Assembly: GCA_964388775.1 (NCBI GenBank)
Contig: CAYMBW010000004.1
Coordinates: forward strand, 1-40,995
DNA: 40,995 nt
Direction: 5' to 3'
DNA from: an uncultured Candidatus Saccharibacteria bacterium
GTDB lineage: Bacteria; Patescibacteriota; Minisyncoccia; Minisyncoccales; PEYH01
In this document: positions 26,607 through 35,875 of the stretch, one piece after another
Layout of the letters: the number at the start of each line of letters is the position of its first letter
How positions within the stretch are numbered: the first letter of the stretch is position 1
The notes under the pieces: model-generated
Seen by the model: only the letters and a program-made list of their open reading frames with translations
Told to the model about the DNA's origin: nothing
Database searches by the model: none
Made by a program: the position numbers and the translations under genes

Positions 26607-28017
26607 CTTCAAAATAATTAGCTGTGTTAAAAAGTAAATCTTCTTTAAAGGGCGGGGCAATTAACTGAACCCCAATCGGCAATCCGCCTGATTCCCCCGC
26701 CGGAATCGATATTGCCGGAAGCCCGGCCAAATTAGCGGGAACAGTTAGCAGGTCGGCTAAATACATTGATAACGGATTATTTAATCGCTCTCCGAGTTTA
26801 AAAGGCAAGGTTGGCAAGGTGGGGGTAAGAATTAAATCCACTTTCTCAAATGCCTTTTTAAAATCTTCTATAATTTTGGTCCTCACTTTCTGGGCGCGCA
26901 AATAATAGGCGTCATAATAGCCGGCAGACAAGACATAGGTGCCTAACATTATTCTTCTCTTGACCTCATCACCAAAATGCTTGGACCTTGTCCTTGTGTA
27001 TGTATCCAATAATGTCTCTCCTGATTCCGACATTCCGTATCTTATACCGTCATAACGCGCTAAATTGCTGGAAACCTCGGCTGGCGTAATAATGTAATAG
27101 CACGGCACACCGTAACCGAGATGGGGCAGGCTTAATGTTTTAAACTTGATTCCGCTCTTCCTTGATTTTTCAATTAAGGACTCAAAAGCATCTCTTACTT
27201 CTTTTTGAATCCCATCACCGGAGCATTCTTGAGGCAAACCAATTATTAAATCCTTAATCGGCTTATCAACCATCCCATATTCCTTCTCTATTTCGCAGCT
27301 CGTTGAATCCATCTCATCTCTTCCTTTTATTATATCAAATAAAATCCTGGCGTCTTCTGTATTTTTAGCCAAAGGCCCTATCTGGTCCAAGGATGAAGCC
27401 ATCGCTATCAGACCATATCTGGAGACCGCCCCATATGTTGGCTTCATCCCCACTATCCCGCAAGAAGACGCTGGCTGACGAACCGAGCCGGCAGTATCGG
27501 AACCAAGCGCCCCAAGACACATATCCGCGGCCACGGCAGCAGCCGAGCCGGAAGAAGACCCGCCCGGCGCATACTCTAAATTATTGGGATTTTTGGTTGC
27601 GCCATAGGCCGAATATTCTCCAGATGCGCCCATCGCAAATTCATCCATATTGGTCTTTCCCACAATAATCGCCCCTGCTTCTTTGAGCTTTTTTACAACA
27701 GTCGCATTGTAAGGGGCAATATAATTATCCAAAATTTTGGAGCCGGCAGTGGCGCGTTTGCCTTGAACTAAAATATTATCCTTGAGCGCCATTGGAACTC
27801 CTGCTAAGGGCGGTAATTTGCTTTTAGCAAAGACCAAAGCATCAATTTTTTTGGCCTGCTCTTTCGCTTCTTCTTTAAAAACAGAGATAAAAGCATTGAT
27901 GGTTTTATCTTTCTTTGAAATATTATCTAAATAACCATCAATGATTTCTTTACAAGAAAACTCTTTGCTCTCCAATCCCTGGACAATCTTTTTAATGGTC
28001 AAAGAAGATAAGTCCAT
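26581..28017 (-). CDS. gatA: Amidotransferase subunit A
   Basis: Amidase signature GKTNMDEFAMG, GGSSSGSAAAV, GSDTAGSVRQPA, SSNLARYDGIRYG, EVKRRIMLGTY. Confidence 0.97.
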   Translation of the reverse strand: MDLSSLTIKKIVQGLESKEFSCKEIIDGYLDNISKKDKTINAFISVFKEEAKEQAKKIDALVFAKSKLPPLAGVPMALKDNILVQGKRATAGSKILDNYIAPYNATVVKKLKEAGAIIVGKTNMDEFAMGASGEYSAYGATKNPNNLEYAPGGSSSGSAAAVAADMCLGALGSDTAGSVRQPASSCGIVGMKPTYGAVSRYGLIAMASSLDQIGPLAKNTEDARILFDIIKGRDEMDSTSCEIEKEYGMVDKPIKDLIIGLPQECSGDGIQKEVRDAFESLIEKSRKSGIKFKTLSLPHLGYGVPCYYIITPAEVSSNLARYDGIRYGMSESGETLLDTYTRTRSKHFGDEVKRRIMLGTYVLSAGYYDAYYLRAQKVRTKIIEDFKKAFEKVDLILTPTLPTLPFKLGERLNNPLSMYLADLLTVPANLAGLPAISIPAGESGGLPIGVQLIAPPFKEDLLFNTANYFEDEITPRHF

Positions 28018-28019
28018 AA

Positions 28020-28307
28020 TTAAAATATTGGCTTTACTTTTATAAACCTTCCTTTTTTATGAGGGGCTGCGTTGACGAGCTCATCGGCAAGTTCATTGCT
28101 CGATGATTTTATCTCATCAATCCGAGTAATATTTTTCAAATTGATAGAATGGCTGGTAGGGCTGATATTTTCAATATCAACCTCTTTGAGTTTGTCAATA
28201 TAATCTAAAATAGTGGAAAGGTCTTTTTGAAATCCTTCCAGTTCTTTTTCCGTGAAATTCATCCTGGCGAGTCCTGCAATATGCTTAATTTGTTCGAGGT
28301 CAATCAT
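28020..28307 (-). CDS. gatC: Amidotransferase subunit C
   Basis: HIAGLAR, ILDYIDKLKEVD, APxxxGxFIKV; upstream of gatA. Confidence 0.92.
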   Translation of the reverse strand: MIDLEQIKHIAGLARMNFTEKELEGFQKDLSTILDYIDKLKEVDIENISPTSHSINLKNITRIDEIKSSSNELADELVNAAPHKKGRFIKVKPIF

Positions 28308-28315
28308 AATAAATT

Positions 28316-29401
28316 TTAGGCCCGTTCACCCGGCTGGCGCGGAGCTTCAAACTCTTCCTTTTCAGATAATACATCTTCAAGCTGGTCAAGATTTTCCAAC
28401 ACCATACCGGCGCCCCTCACTACTGCCGTAAGGGGGTCTTCGATAATTTTAGTCGGTATCTTGGTTTCCTTGGCAATCAACTCGTCTAATCCTTTAAGCA
28501 TAGACCCGCCTCCGGCCAGAAAAATCCCGCGCGCCATTACGTCTGCCAGTAATTCCGGCGGAGTCGCCTCTATTGTGTCTTTAATGGCATTAATAATTTG
28601 CCTTACTGATTTTTGGAGAGCAATCCTAATATTTCCTTCTCCCACCATTATCTCTTCCGGCAATCCGGTAATTAAATTCCTCCCCCGAATCGGCACCTCC
28701 GTTTTATTGTCTTTACCGGGCTTAGTCCCTTTGCTGGCATACGCGGAACCAATCTTAATTTTTACTTTTTCAGCGGTGCGCGAACCAATCAATAAGCGAT
28801 ATTCTTCCTGGCTGAAATCAATAATGTCCTGGTCAAGCTTGTCCCCTGCGATTTTTAAACTTTGGGCAAGCACTATCCCCCCAAGAGATATCACCGCAAT
28901 ATCGGTCGTGCCGCCTCCTATGTCAACAATAAAATTTCCGCCCGGCTCCTGAATTGGCAAACGGGCTCCTATGGCAGCTGCAATTGGCTGTTCTATTAAA
29001 TAAACTTTTCTGGCGCCGGCATTTTTCGTAGCATCCCGAACTGACTTTTTCTCCACTTCGGTAAGCCCGCAAGGAATGCCGACGATTACTCTGGGCCTTG
29101 GAAAAACAACCCGATTTTTATAAGCGCCTTCAATAAAATATTTAAGCATTTGCTCGGCTATTTCAAAATCCGAGATTACGCCTTTAATTAAGGGCCTGCT
29201 GGCAACAATATGGGTCGGCGTCCTACCTACCATTCTCTTGGCTTCCTGACCGATAGCTAAGACCTGTCCTGTCTTCTGGTTAATCGCTACCACCGATGGC
29301 TCCGTAAGAACAATCCCCTCTCCTTTTACATAAGCAAGAGTGGTGGCTGTCCCCAAATCAATGGCAATATCTTTCTTTAGGTTGGAAAAAGGATTGAACA
29401 T
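28316..29401 (-). CDS. mreB: Rod shape-determining protein MreB/Mbl (paralogue 1)
   Basis: IDLGT, EPSVVA, DIGGGTT, TPPEL, LAGGG. Confidence 0.93.
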   Translation of the reverse strand: MFNPFSNLKKDIAIDLGTATTLAYVKGEGIVLTEPSVVAINQKTGQVLAIGQEAKRMVGRTPTHIVASRPLIKGVISDFEIAEQMLKYFIEGAYKNRVVFPRPRVIVGIPCGLTEVEKKSVRDATKNAGARKVYLIEQPIAAAIGARLPIQEPGGNFIVDIGGGTTDIAVISLGGIVLAQSLKIAGDKLDQDIIDFSQEEYRLLIGSRTAEKVKIKIGSAYASKGTKPGKDNKTEVPIRGRNLITGLPEEIMVGEGNIRIALQKSVRQIINAIKDTIEATPPELLADVMARGIFLAGGGSMLKGLDELIAKETKIPTKIIEDPLTAVVRGAGMVLENLDQLEDVLSEKEEFEAPRQPGERA

Positions 29402-29407
29402 AATTTC

Positions 29408-29442
29408 AAAGTTAAAAGTCCAAAGTTAAAAGTCCAAATCTA
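29408..29442. repeat. Heptamer array between proS and mreB
   Basis: aaagtta aaagtcc aaagtta aaagtcc aaatcta. Confidence 0.8.
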
Positions 29443-29445
29443 AAT

Positions 29446-30684
29446 TTAAATCTTTAAGTCCTTAATTTTGACAAGTTTAGCTTGTTTTCCGGCTCTTTCT
29501 TTGAGTTCAACGCTGTCTTTTTCCAATGTTCTCTCGCTCAAGACAATCCTCAAAGGAATGCCAATTAAATCTGACTCCGCAAACTTCTCTCCGGGGCTAA
29601 CGCCTATCCTGTCATCGTATAATACTTCAACACCGGCTTTTTGTAAATGGCCATAAATCTTCTCCGCTCGCTCCTTTATCTTCTTGTTCTCAAGGTTTAG
29701 AGATATTAAATGAACCGCATAAGGAGCTGTTTCTTTGGGCCAGATAATACCATTATCATCGTGGTTGGCCTCAATAATAGTTGCCATAAGCCGTCCCACT
29801 CCGATACCATAAGAGGCCATAATAACCAATTTCTTTTTGCCATCCTTTTCTGTAAAAGACAGGTCAAATGGTTCAGAATACTTGGTTCCTAAGGGAAAAA
29901 TATTGCCAACCTCTATTCCTCTTGATTGCTTAAGTATCGTTTGACATTTTGGGCATTTATCGCCTTCCTTATTTTTCGCTATTTCCTTATTCTGGGCAAA
30001 ATCACACTTTGGACAATAGATAACCGTATCTTCTCCAATGGGGGTAAGGGCTTGAAACTCGTGAGTGAAAGAACTTGTAAACCCCTCCCCCGACGCTTCC
30101 ACCATTTTCACGGATAGTCCGCATCTTTTAAAAATCTTTAAGTAGCTCTTTGCCACCTTGGAATAATAATCCTGAAAATCTTTCTCGTCAGCATGGAAAC
30201 TGTATAAATCCTTCATCGCAAATTCTCTTGTCCGCAGGAGCCCTCCGGTATACCTTACCTCGTTTCTAAATTTGGTCTGAATTTGGAATAAAGAAAACGG
30301 CAAGTCCTTATATGAAGACACCCTGTCCTTGGCAATCTTTGTCATTATTTCCTCGTGGGTTGAGCCAAGAGCAAACTCTTTGCCATGGCTGTCTTTAAGC
30401 TTGAATAATGGAGGTGACATTGTATCCCACCGACCGGTCTTCTGCCAAATTGTTTTTGGATGCATCATCGGCAGAAAAACCTCCTGCCCGCCAATCGAAA
30501 GCATCTCTTCTCTAATAATCTGAGCCACTTTTTGATGGACTCTCCATCCCAAGGGCAAAAAACTATAAATACCCGAACCAAGCTGGTCTATGAAATCACC
30601 CTTGTATAAAAACTTATAGGAAACCGCCTCAATGTCATTGGGAACCTCCTTTTTACTGCGATAGAAAAGTTTTGATTGGCGCAT
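29446..30684 (-). CDS. proS: Proline--tRNA ligase, short bacterial type without INS editing domain
   Basis: GIYSFLPLG, THEE, QIQTKFRNEVR, GLLRTREFAMKDLYSF, GIEVGNIF, YGIGVGR, anticodon-binding domain. Confidence 0.95.
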   Translation of the reverse strand: MRQSKLFYRSKKEVPNDIEAVSYKFLYKGDFIDQLGSGIYSFLPLGWRVHQKVAQIIREEMLSIGGQEVFLPMMHPKTIWQKTGRWDTMSPPLFKLKDSHGKEFALGSTHEEIMTKIAKDRVSSYKDLPFSLFQIQTKFRNEVRYTGGLLRTREFAMKDLYSFHADEKDFQDYYSKVAKSYLKIFKRCGLSVKMVEASGEGFTSSFTHEFQALTPIGEDTVIYCPKCDFAQNKEIAKNKEGDKCPKCQTILKQSRGIEVGNIFPLGTKYSEPFDLSFTEKDGKKKLVIMASYGIGVGRLMATIIEANHDDNGIIWPKETAPYAVHLISLNLENKKIKERAEKIYGHLQKAGVEVLYDDRIGVSPGEKFAESDLIGIPLRIVLSERTLEKDSVELKERAGKQAKLVKIKDLKI

Positions 30685-30689
30685 ATGAT

Positions 30690-31814
30690 TTAGAATAATA
30701 TATCTTTAAATTGTATTATATCTTTGATACTAATCACGATGAATAGGGCCAGCAGAAAAAACATCCCAAAACCGTTTACTACCCGCTCAACCTTTGCGGG
30801 CGCTCGCTTTTTGAAGATTGCCTCATAAATCACAAACACCAATCTCCCGCCGTCGGCGGCTGGAATCGGCAAAATATTTACAACCGCCAAACCAAGAGAA
30901 ATGGCTGCTATAAAGTAGAATAATTGCCAAACCCCGCTATCCATACTTAATTTAGTAAACGCCAAAATTCCTATTGGGCCCGAGAACGAAGAAGAAAGCG
31001 GTTGGATATTCCGCTCGGCTATGGAGACCTTTATTAGATGGCCGAGCGCGCTGAATGTAAAATCTCCAAGATTCAATGTGTGTAAGACGCCGGAAAAAAC
31101 CTTATTAGAAAGCCCCTCGTATGAAAGGCGACTTACATCGCCAAGCATCACCCCGATAGCCCCGCTATTCTCCGGAGGATTAACCCTCGGCACAAGATTA
31201 ACAATCTTTTCTTTATCGGGATTATGGACGTTTACGAGGCGAAGAATAATCTCTTCCCCCTTATTTTGGTTAATAAAATTAATAAGCTCCTCGGAATTTG
31301 AAAAATATTCGCCATTTCCGGCAATAACCACGTCAAATTCATTTATGCCCGCTTTTTGGGCCGGCGAGCCGTCTAAAACTTCCGAAATCATTGGATAATC
31401 AGTTTGTTGGCCGAAAGGAAAACGATAATCAAAAAATTGGCCTTGAAATGTCTGAAAATTATGAAATCCTAAAAGGAAATAAAATAAAATAATCGCAGCC
31501 AGCAAATTGGCTCCGATGCCGGCCAAAAGTATCCTTGCCTTAATTCTTGGCGGTTTAGCGCAAAAACTGTCGGAATCTTTCATTGTCTCTTCTTCGGAAT
31601 TCTCCCCGTATATTTTTACAAAACCCCCGACAGGAATCCAATTGATAGAGTATATGACGCCCTTTATTTTCTTGCCCCAAATTCTGGGCGGATAGCCGAT
31701 ACCGAATTCCTCAACCCTCACTCCCGACCTTCTGGCAATTATAAAATGCCCAAACTCGTGAGAGAGAATGACAAAACTAAAAATAAGGAAAAAAACAATT
31801 ATAACTAATAACAT
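30690..31814 (-). CDS. rseP: RseP-like site-2 (M50) metalloprotease with PDZ domain
   Basis: HEFGH, GIGYPP, IPVGGFV, PDZ SPAQKAG, NILPIPAADGG. Confidence 0.92.
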   Translation of the reverse strand: MLLVIIVFFLIFSFVILSHEFGHFIIARRSGVRVEEFGIGYPPRIWGKKIKGVIYSINWIPVGGFVKIYGENSEEETMKDSDSFCAKPPRIKARILLAGIGANLLAAIILFYFLLGFHNFQTFQGQFFDYRFPFGQQTDYPMISEVLDGSPAQKAGINEFDVVIAGNGEYFSNSEELINFINQNKGEEIILRLVNVHNPDKEKIVNLVPRVNPPENSGAIGVMLGDVSRLSYEGLSNKVFSGVLHTLNLGDFTFSALGHLIKVSIAERNIQPLSSSFSGPIGILAFTKLSMDSGVWQLFYFIAAISLGLAVVNILPIPAADGGRLVFVIYEAIFKKRAPAKVERVVNGFGMFFLLALFIVISIKDIIQFKDILF

Positions 31815-31818
31815 AAAA

Positions 31819-32373
31819 TTATTCTAATATTTCTTTCTTTTTATGGTCTTTGATTTCTTCTATCTTCTTATGATATTCGTCTATCGCCTTCTGAAGCTCG
31901 TCTTTTGCTTTGAATTTATCGTCTTCAGAAATCGCTTTTTGATTAAATTGCTCCTGAATTTCTTTCCAAGAATCATCCCGCCATCTTCTCAATGTCTGAT
32001 ATGATTCCTCCGCTTTTTGGGCAATCTGCTGGATAAGCTTTTCGCGAAATTCGCCGGTAAGGGGCGGTAAGTTAATCCTGATAGCCTGGCCGTCAACCAC
32101 CGGGGAAGTGCCTAAATCCGCCTGCTGAAGCGCTTTTTCTATGGCTCCGACATATTCATTGGTCCAGGGCTGAATTAAAATCTGCCTTGACCCCGGGCAA
32201 GAAATACTGGCTAATTGTTTTATGGGAAGTTTGGACCCGAAACAATCAACCACTATATCCTCAACCAAAACCGGACTGGCAGTACCGGAACGGACTTGCT
32301 GCATCTCTCTTTTAAAGAAATTTTCTACTTTATCAAGCTCTATTTTAAGATTGTCAATAATTTGTTTATACAT
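31819..32373 (-). CDS. frr: Ribosome recycling factor
   Basis: VRSGTASP, PIKQLASI, IQPW, IRINLPPLT, KKKEIL. Confidence 0.93.
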   Translation of the reverse strand: MYKQIIDNLKIELDKVENFFKREMQQVRSGTASPVLVEDIVVDCFGSKLPIKQLASISCPGSRQILIQPWTNEYVGAIEKALQQADLGTSPVVDGQAIRINLPPLTGEFREKLIQQIAQKAEESYQTLRRWRDDSWKEIQEQFNQKAISEDDKFKAKDELQKAIDEYHKKIEEIKDHKKKEILE

Positions 32374-32407
32374 ATTCTAATTATTAATTATCATTAATCA
32401 ATTATCA

Positions 32408-33376
32408 TTAAATTTTCATCAATAAAATTTCAAGGGCCAATCTCGGATTCGTGTTAGTGGTTTTGATGACAAACCCTATCTTTTCAATAAGTCCGATAAT
32501 ACTCCTTATCTTGGCTTGAGAATAATCGCCTCCCGCAGGTACAAAAGTATTTTTGCCTTTTCCCAAACTTTCTAATAAAAGCTCCCTGAAATAACTCAGC
32601 CAGACATTTAAAGAACAACGCATCTCTTCGGTATTCTTGGCAAGAGTTTCAGCATAGCGGAAACGAAAGATTAAAGGCGCTTTTGAAAGTTTTATAATAT
32701 CCGTTATCCGTTTTTTTTGCAACCCGGCCATTTCTGGATTCCTATAATACTCCATCGCCAATCCGGGCCTGCCAAAGGATAGCCAGGAAATTTCTTCAGC
32801 CAACTTCTTGGGGATATTATCTTTTACAAGCGATTCTTCTATATCTTTCTCTCGGAGCAAATCAAATCTTACTAATTGGCATCGAGAAACAATTGTTGAC
32901 AAAAGCTGGTCTGACTGTTCCACGATTAGAATTATCACCGTCTTGCCTTTGGGCTCTTCCAATATTTTTAGAAGAGCTCCTTGCGCGTCATAAGTCATTG
33001 CTCCGGCATTGTCTATAATCGCTGTTTTATAGCCGGAATCAGCGGAAGAAAGGGAAAGTTCTGATTTCAATTCGGAAATTTTCTCAATCCGTATCGCTAA
33101 ATTTTTGCTTTTATCTTCCTTGTCGCTGTTTTCAGGCGGTTCTGGTTTTAAAAAAAATAAGTTCCGGGAAAAGCCATTTTCAAATCCCTTACAACTCTCA
33201 CATTTTCCGCAAGGGACAATATCGGAATTACAACAATTCAACAATTTAATAAATTCCATGGCAATCGTCCTTTTCCCGATATTTAACGGTCCATAAAATA
33301 AATAGGCGTGAGCTACCTTATCATTTTGAATACATCTACTTAAAAATTCCCATTGTTTATTGTGTCCTATTATCAT
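32408..33376 (-). CDS. holB: DNA polymerase III delta' subunit
   Basis: HAYLFYGP, zinc motif C...PCGKCESC, ALLKILEEP, TIVSRC. Confidence 0.9.
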   Translation of the reverse strand: MIIGHNKQWEFLSRCIQNDKVAHAYLFYGPLNIGKRTIAMEFIKLLNCCNSDIVPCGKCESCKGFENGFSRNLFFLKPEPPENSDKEDKSKNLAIRIEKISELKSELSLSSADSGYKTAIIDNAGAMTYDAQGALLKILEEPKGKTVIILIVEQSDQLLSTIVSRCQLVRFDLLREKDIEESLVKDNIPKKLAEEISWLSFGRPGLAMEYYRNPEMAGLQKKRITDIIKLSKAPLIFRFRYAETLAKNTEEMRCSLNVWLSYFRELLLESLGKGKNTFVPAGGDYSQAKIRSIIGLIEKIGFVIKTTNTNPRLALEILLMKI

Positions 33377-33381
33377 AAAAA

Positions 33382-34389
33382 TTACTTTTTGCTCATTATA
33401 CTTCGTTTATAAACATCCAAATTCTCCAATACCGCTCCCGTCCCTTTGGCCACGCAAAAGAATGCCTCATCTGCCAAAAAACAAGGGACCCCGGTCGCCT
33501 TAGCTACCAATTGGTCAAGATTTCTTAATAGACCCCCGCCGCCGGAAAGCACCATCCCTTTATCCATAATATCAGAGGCCAATTCTGGCGGGGTATCGCG
33601 CAAAACTGATTTGATGGCTAAAATAATTTCTTCTAAAACATCTTGAATTGCTTCGCTCACTTCGTTGGAAGAAATTTTAACACTTCTTGGCAGTCCGGAA
33701 ATCAAATCCCTGCCTCTGATTTCTATAAACCTTTCTTTTTCTTCGGGGACAGCTGTTCCCACTTTTATTTTCACCTCTTCCGCGGTCTGCTCCCCCACTG
33801 CCAAATTGTGCTTCTTTTTAATATACTCGCTAACCGCAACATTCATCTTGTCCCCCGCCATCCTGATGGAATTAAAGGTGACAATTCCGCCCAAGGATAT
33901 CACCGCTACTTCGGTCGTTCCCCCGCCTATATCAACAATCATATGGCCGGAGCAGGTGTGAATCGGAATACCCGCTCCTATGGCTGCCAGAATCGGCTCT
34001 TTGGCAATATAGGCATTTTTCGCTCCTGCTAAAATAGCGGCCTCAATTACCGCCCTCTTTTCAGTTGAAGTAATCCCCGCCGGCACGGATATTATCAAGT
34101 CCGGCTTTATAAACTGGTATTTCGGCTTAACTTTCGTGATAAAATATTTTAGCATTGCTTCGGTTATCCGAAAATCAGCGATTACTCCGTCTTTAAGAGG
34201 CCTAAAAACAGTTATGTTCTCCGGAGTCCGTCCGGTCATTTCCTTCGCCGCCTGCCCAACGGCCAAAATTTTATTCTCGCTTATATCAACCGCGACAACA
34301 GAGGGTTCGGTCAAAACCACCCCTTTCTTGGGGATAAATACCAATGAATTGCAAGTTCCAAGGTCTATTCCTATTTTTCGTATAAACAT
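33382..34389 (-). CDS. mreB: Rod shape-determining protein MreB/Mbl (paralogue 2)
   Basis: IGIDLGT, RPLKDGVIADF, DIGGGTTEVAVISLGG, TPPELASDI. Confidence 0.94.
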   Translation of the reverse strand: MFIRKIGIDLGTCNSLVFIPKKGVVLTEPSVVAVDISENKILAVGQAAKEMTGRTPENITVFRPLKDGVIADFRITEAMLKYFITKVKPKYQFIKPDLIISVPAGITSTEKRAVIEAAILAGAKNAYIAKEPILAAIGAGIPIHTCSGHMIVDIGGGTTEVAVISLGGIVTFNSIRMAGDKMNVAVSEYIKKKHNLAVGEQTAEEVKIKVGTAVPEEKERFIEIRGRDLISGLPRSVKISSNEVSEAIQDVLEEIILAIKSVLRDTPPELASDIMDKGMVLSGGGGLLRNLDQLVAKATGVPCFLADEAFFCVAKGTGAVLENLDVYKRSIMSKK

Positions 34390-34394
34390 ATGAT

Positions 34395-35675
34395 TTAACT
34401 TTTAACTCGTTTGATATCCGCTCCGAGTTTCTGCAACCTTTCTTCAATTCTCTCATATCCCCGGTCTATCTGATAGATATTATTTATAACCGTTTCTCCT
34501 TTTGCAAGCAACGCCCCGACGATTAAAGACGCTCCGCCTCTCAAATCCGGCGAATCAACAATCACGCCTCGAAGAACCGTAGGCCCATTAACAATCGCCC
34601 GATGCGGGTCGGCAAAGATTATCTGCGCCCCCATTTTATTCAGTTCGTTCAAATATCTAAGACGGCCGTCATATAAAGGGTCGTGTAATAATGTTGCTCC
34701 CTCGGTTTGAGTTGCCAAAACCCCGAATAACGGTAAAAGGTCTGTTGGTATGCCGGGATAAGGCATTGCTTGAACTTTTTCCATTTTAAAACTTGCCCAA
34801 GGTTTTACTCTTACTTTATTTTTTCCGATTATCTCTATGGGCAAACCAAAATCTTTTAGTCGCTTTAAAGGAAATTCCAAATACGAAATTTCAACATTCT
34901 TGACAATGATATCGCTTCTTGTGGCTGCTGCCATTAAAATAAAGGTTCCCGCTTCTATCGGGTCATTCAAAATCTTATGTTTAGCCCCTGAAAGTGTCTT
35001 TTTGCCCACAACCGAAAAATTATGAGAGCCGAATGCCTTAATTTTTGCCCCCATTTTATTTAAAAATTTAACTAATTCCTGGGTGCTGTAATCGCAATCC
35101 GCCGCTTTAATAATTGTTTTTTTGGGAAGAGCGCTGGCAAAAAGAAGCGCATTTTCGGTGGCTGTGACGCTAAACTCATTCAGAATTATCTCGTCTGCCG
35201 GCTTGTTTTTAAACTCTAAACGGAAATACTCTGCCTGCTCTGTCACTTCTTCGCCTATCTTTATTCCCAGTTGAGAAAAAGCGTCTAAATGGGTTGAAAT
35301 CGGCCTTGCGCCAATAACACATCCCCCGGGTTGGGCGAATCTTACCACTTTGCACCGAGCCAGCAAGGGCCCTAAAAGCAAAACAGAACCCCTTAATCTG
35401 GAAACTAATTTTTGGTTGATTTTTCCTACGTCTAAGCGCGACTTCTGTCTTATGCGCAAAGCCCTCTTTTTAATCCATTCTATTTCTTTACCCAAGCTCT
35501 TGAGTATTTCTAACAAACAAAAAACGTCCTCAATCAAAGGAACATTGTCTATAACGCACTCTTTGTCAGTGAGTAAGGTGGCCGCCAAAATAGGAAAACA
35601 GGCGTTTTTCGCGCCCCTTGCTTCTATCGTCCCTTTCAAACGCTTTCCCCCATTGATTATAAATTGCTCTGCCAT
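34395..35675 (-). CDS. murA: UDP-N-acetylglucosamine 1-carboxyvinyltransferase
   Basis: GAKNA, PGGCVIGARP (active-site Cys), SVTATEN, PYPGIPTD, DLRGGA, IDRGYE. Confidence 0.95.
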   Translation of the reverse strand: MAEQFIINGGKRLKGTIEARGAKNACFPILAATLLTDKECVIDNVPLIEDVFCLLEILKSLGKEIEWIKKRALRIRQKSRLDVGKINQKLVSRLRGSVLLLGPLLARCKVVRFAQPGGCVIGARPISTHLDAFSQLGIKIGEEVTEQAEYFRLEFKNKPADEIILNEFSVTATENALLFASALPKKTIIKAADCDYSTQELVKFLNKMGAKIKAFGSHNFSVVGKKTLSGAKHKILNDPIEAGTFILMAAATRSDIIVKNVEISYLEFPLKRLKDFGLPIEIIGKNKVRVKPWASFKMEKVQAMPYPGIPTDLLPLFGVLATQTEGATLLHDPLYDGRLRYLNELNKMGAQIIFADPHRAIVNGPTVLRGVIVDSPDLRGGASLIVGALLAKGETVINNIYQIDRGYERIEERLQKLGADIKRVKS

Positions 35676-35875
35676 GCTATTTTTATGCTACCTTGAAATA
35701 AAAAAAATGGCAAATTGATTGCCTTGCATTTCTCTCTGCCATTACCGGGTAACGGGCATAACGAAAAAATAACAGACAAATAATCTGAGCTCGCACGCTT
35801 TCTCTTGCTTTCGCAGACAACAAGGTTGTGTTAGAATAAACATTAATCATTGCCTATGTATACTTACCAATAAAA

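Noticed and set aside
26607-26660. Upstream start for the 25980 membrane protein
   Set aside because: It would overlap gatA by 80 nt; ATG 26606 is more plausible.
35700-35860. Possible ncRNA in the murA/PEGA divergent spacer (small hairpin tgccattaccgggtaacgggca)
   Set aside because: No recognisable RNA family features; the region is adequately explained as a divergent promoter.
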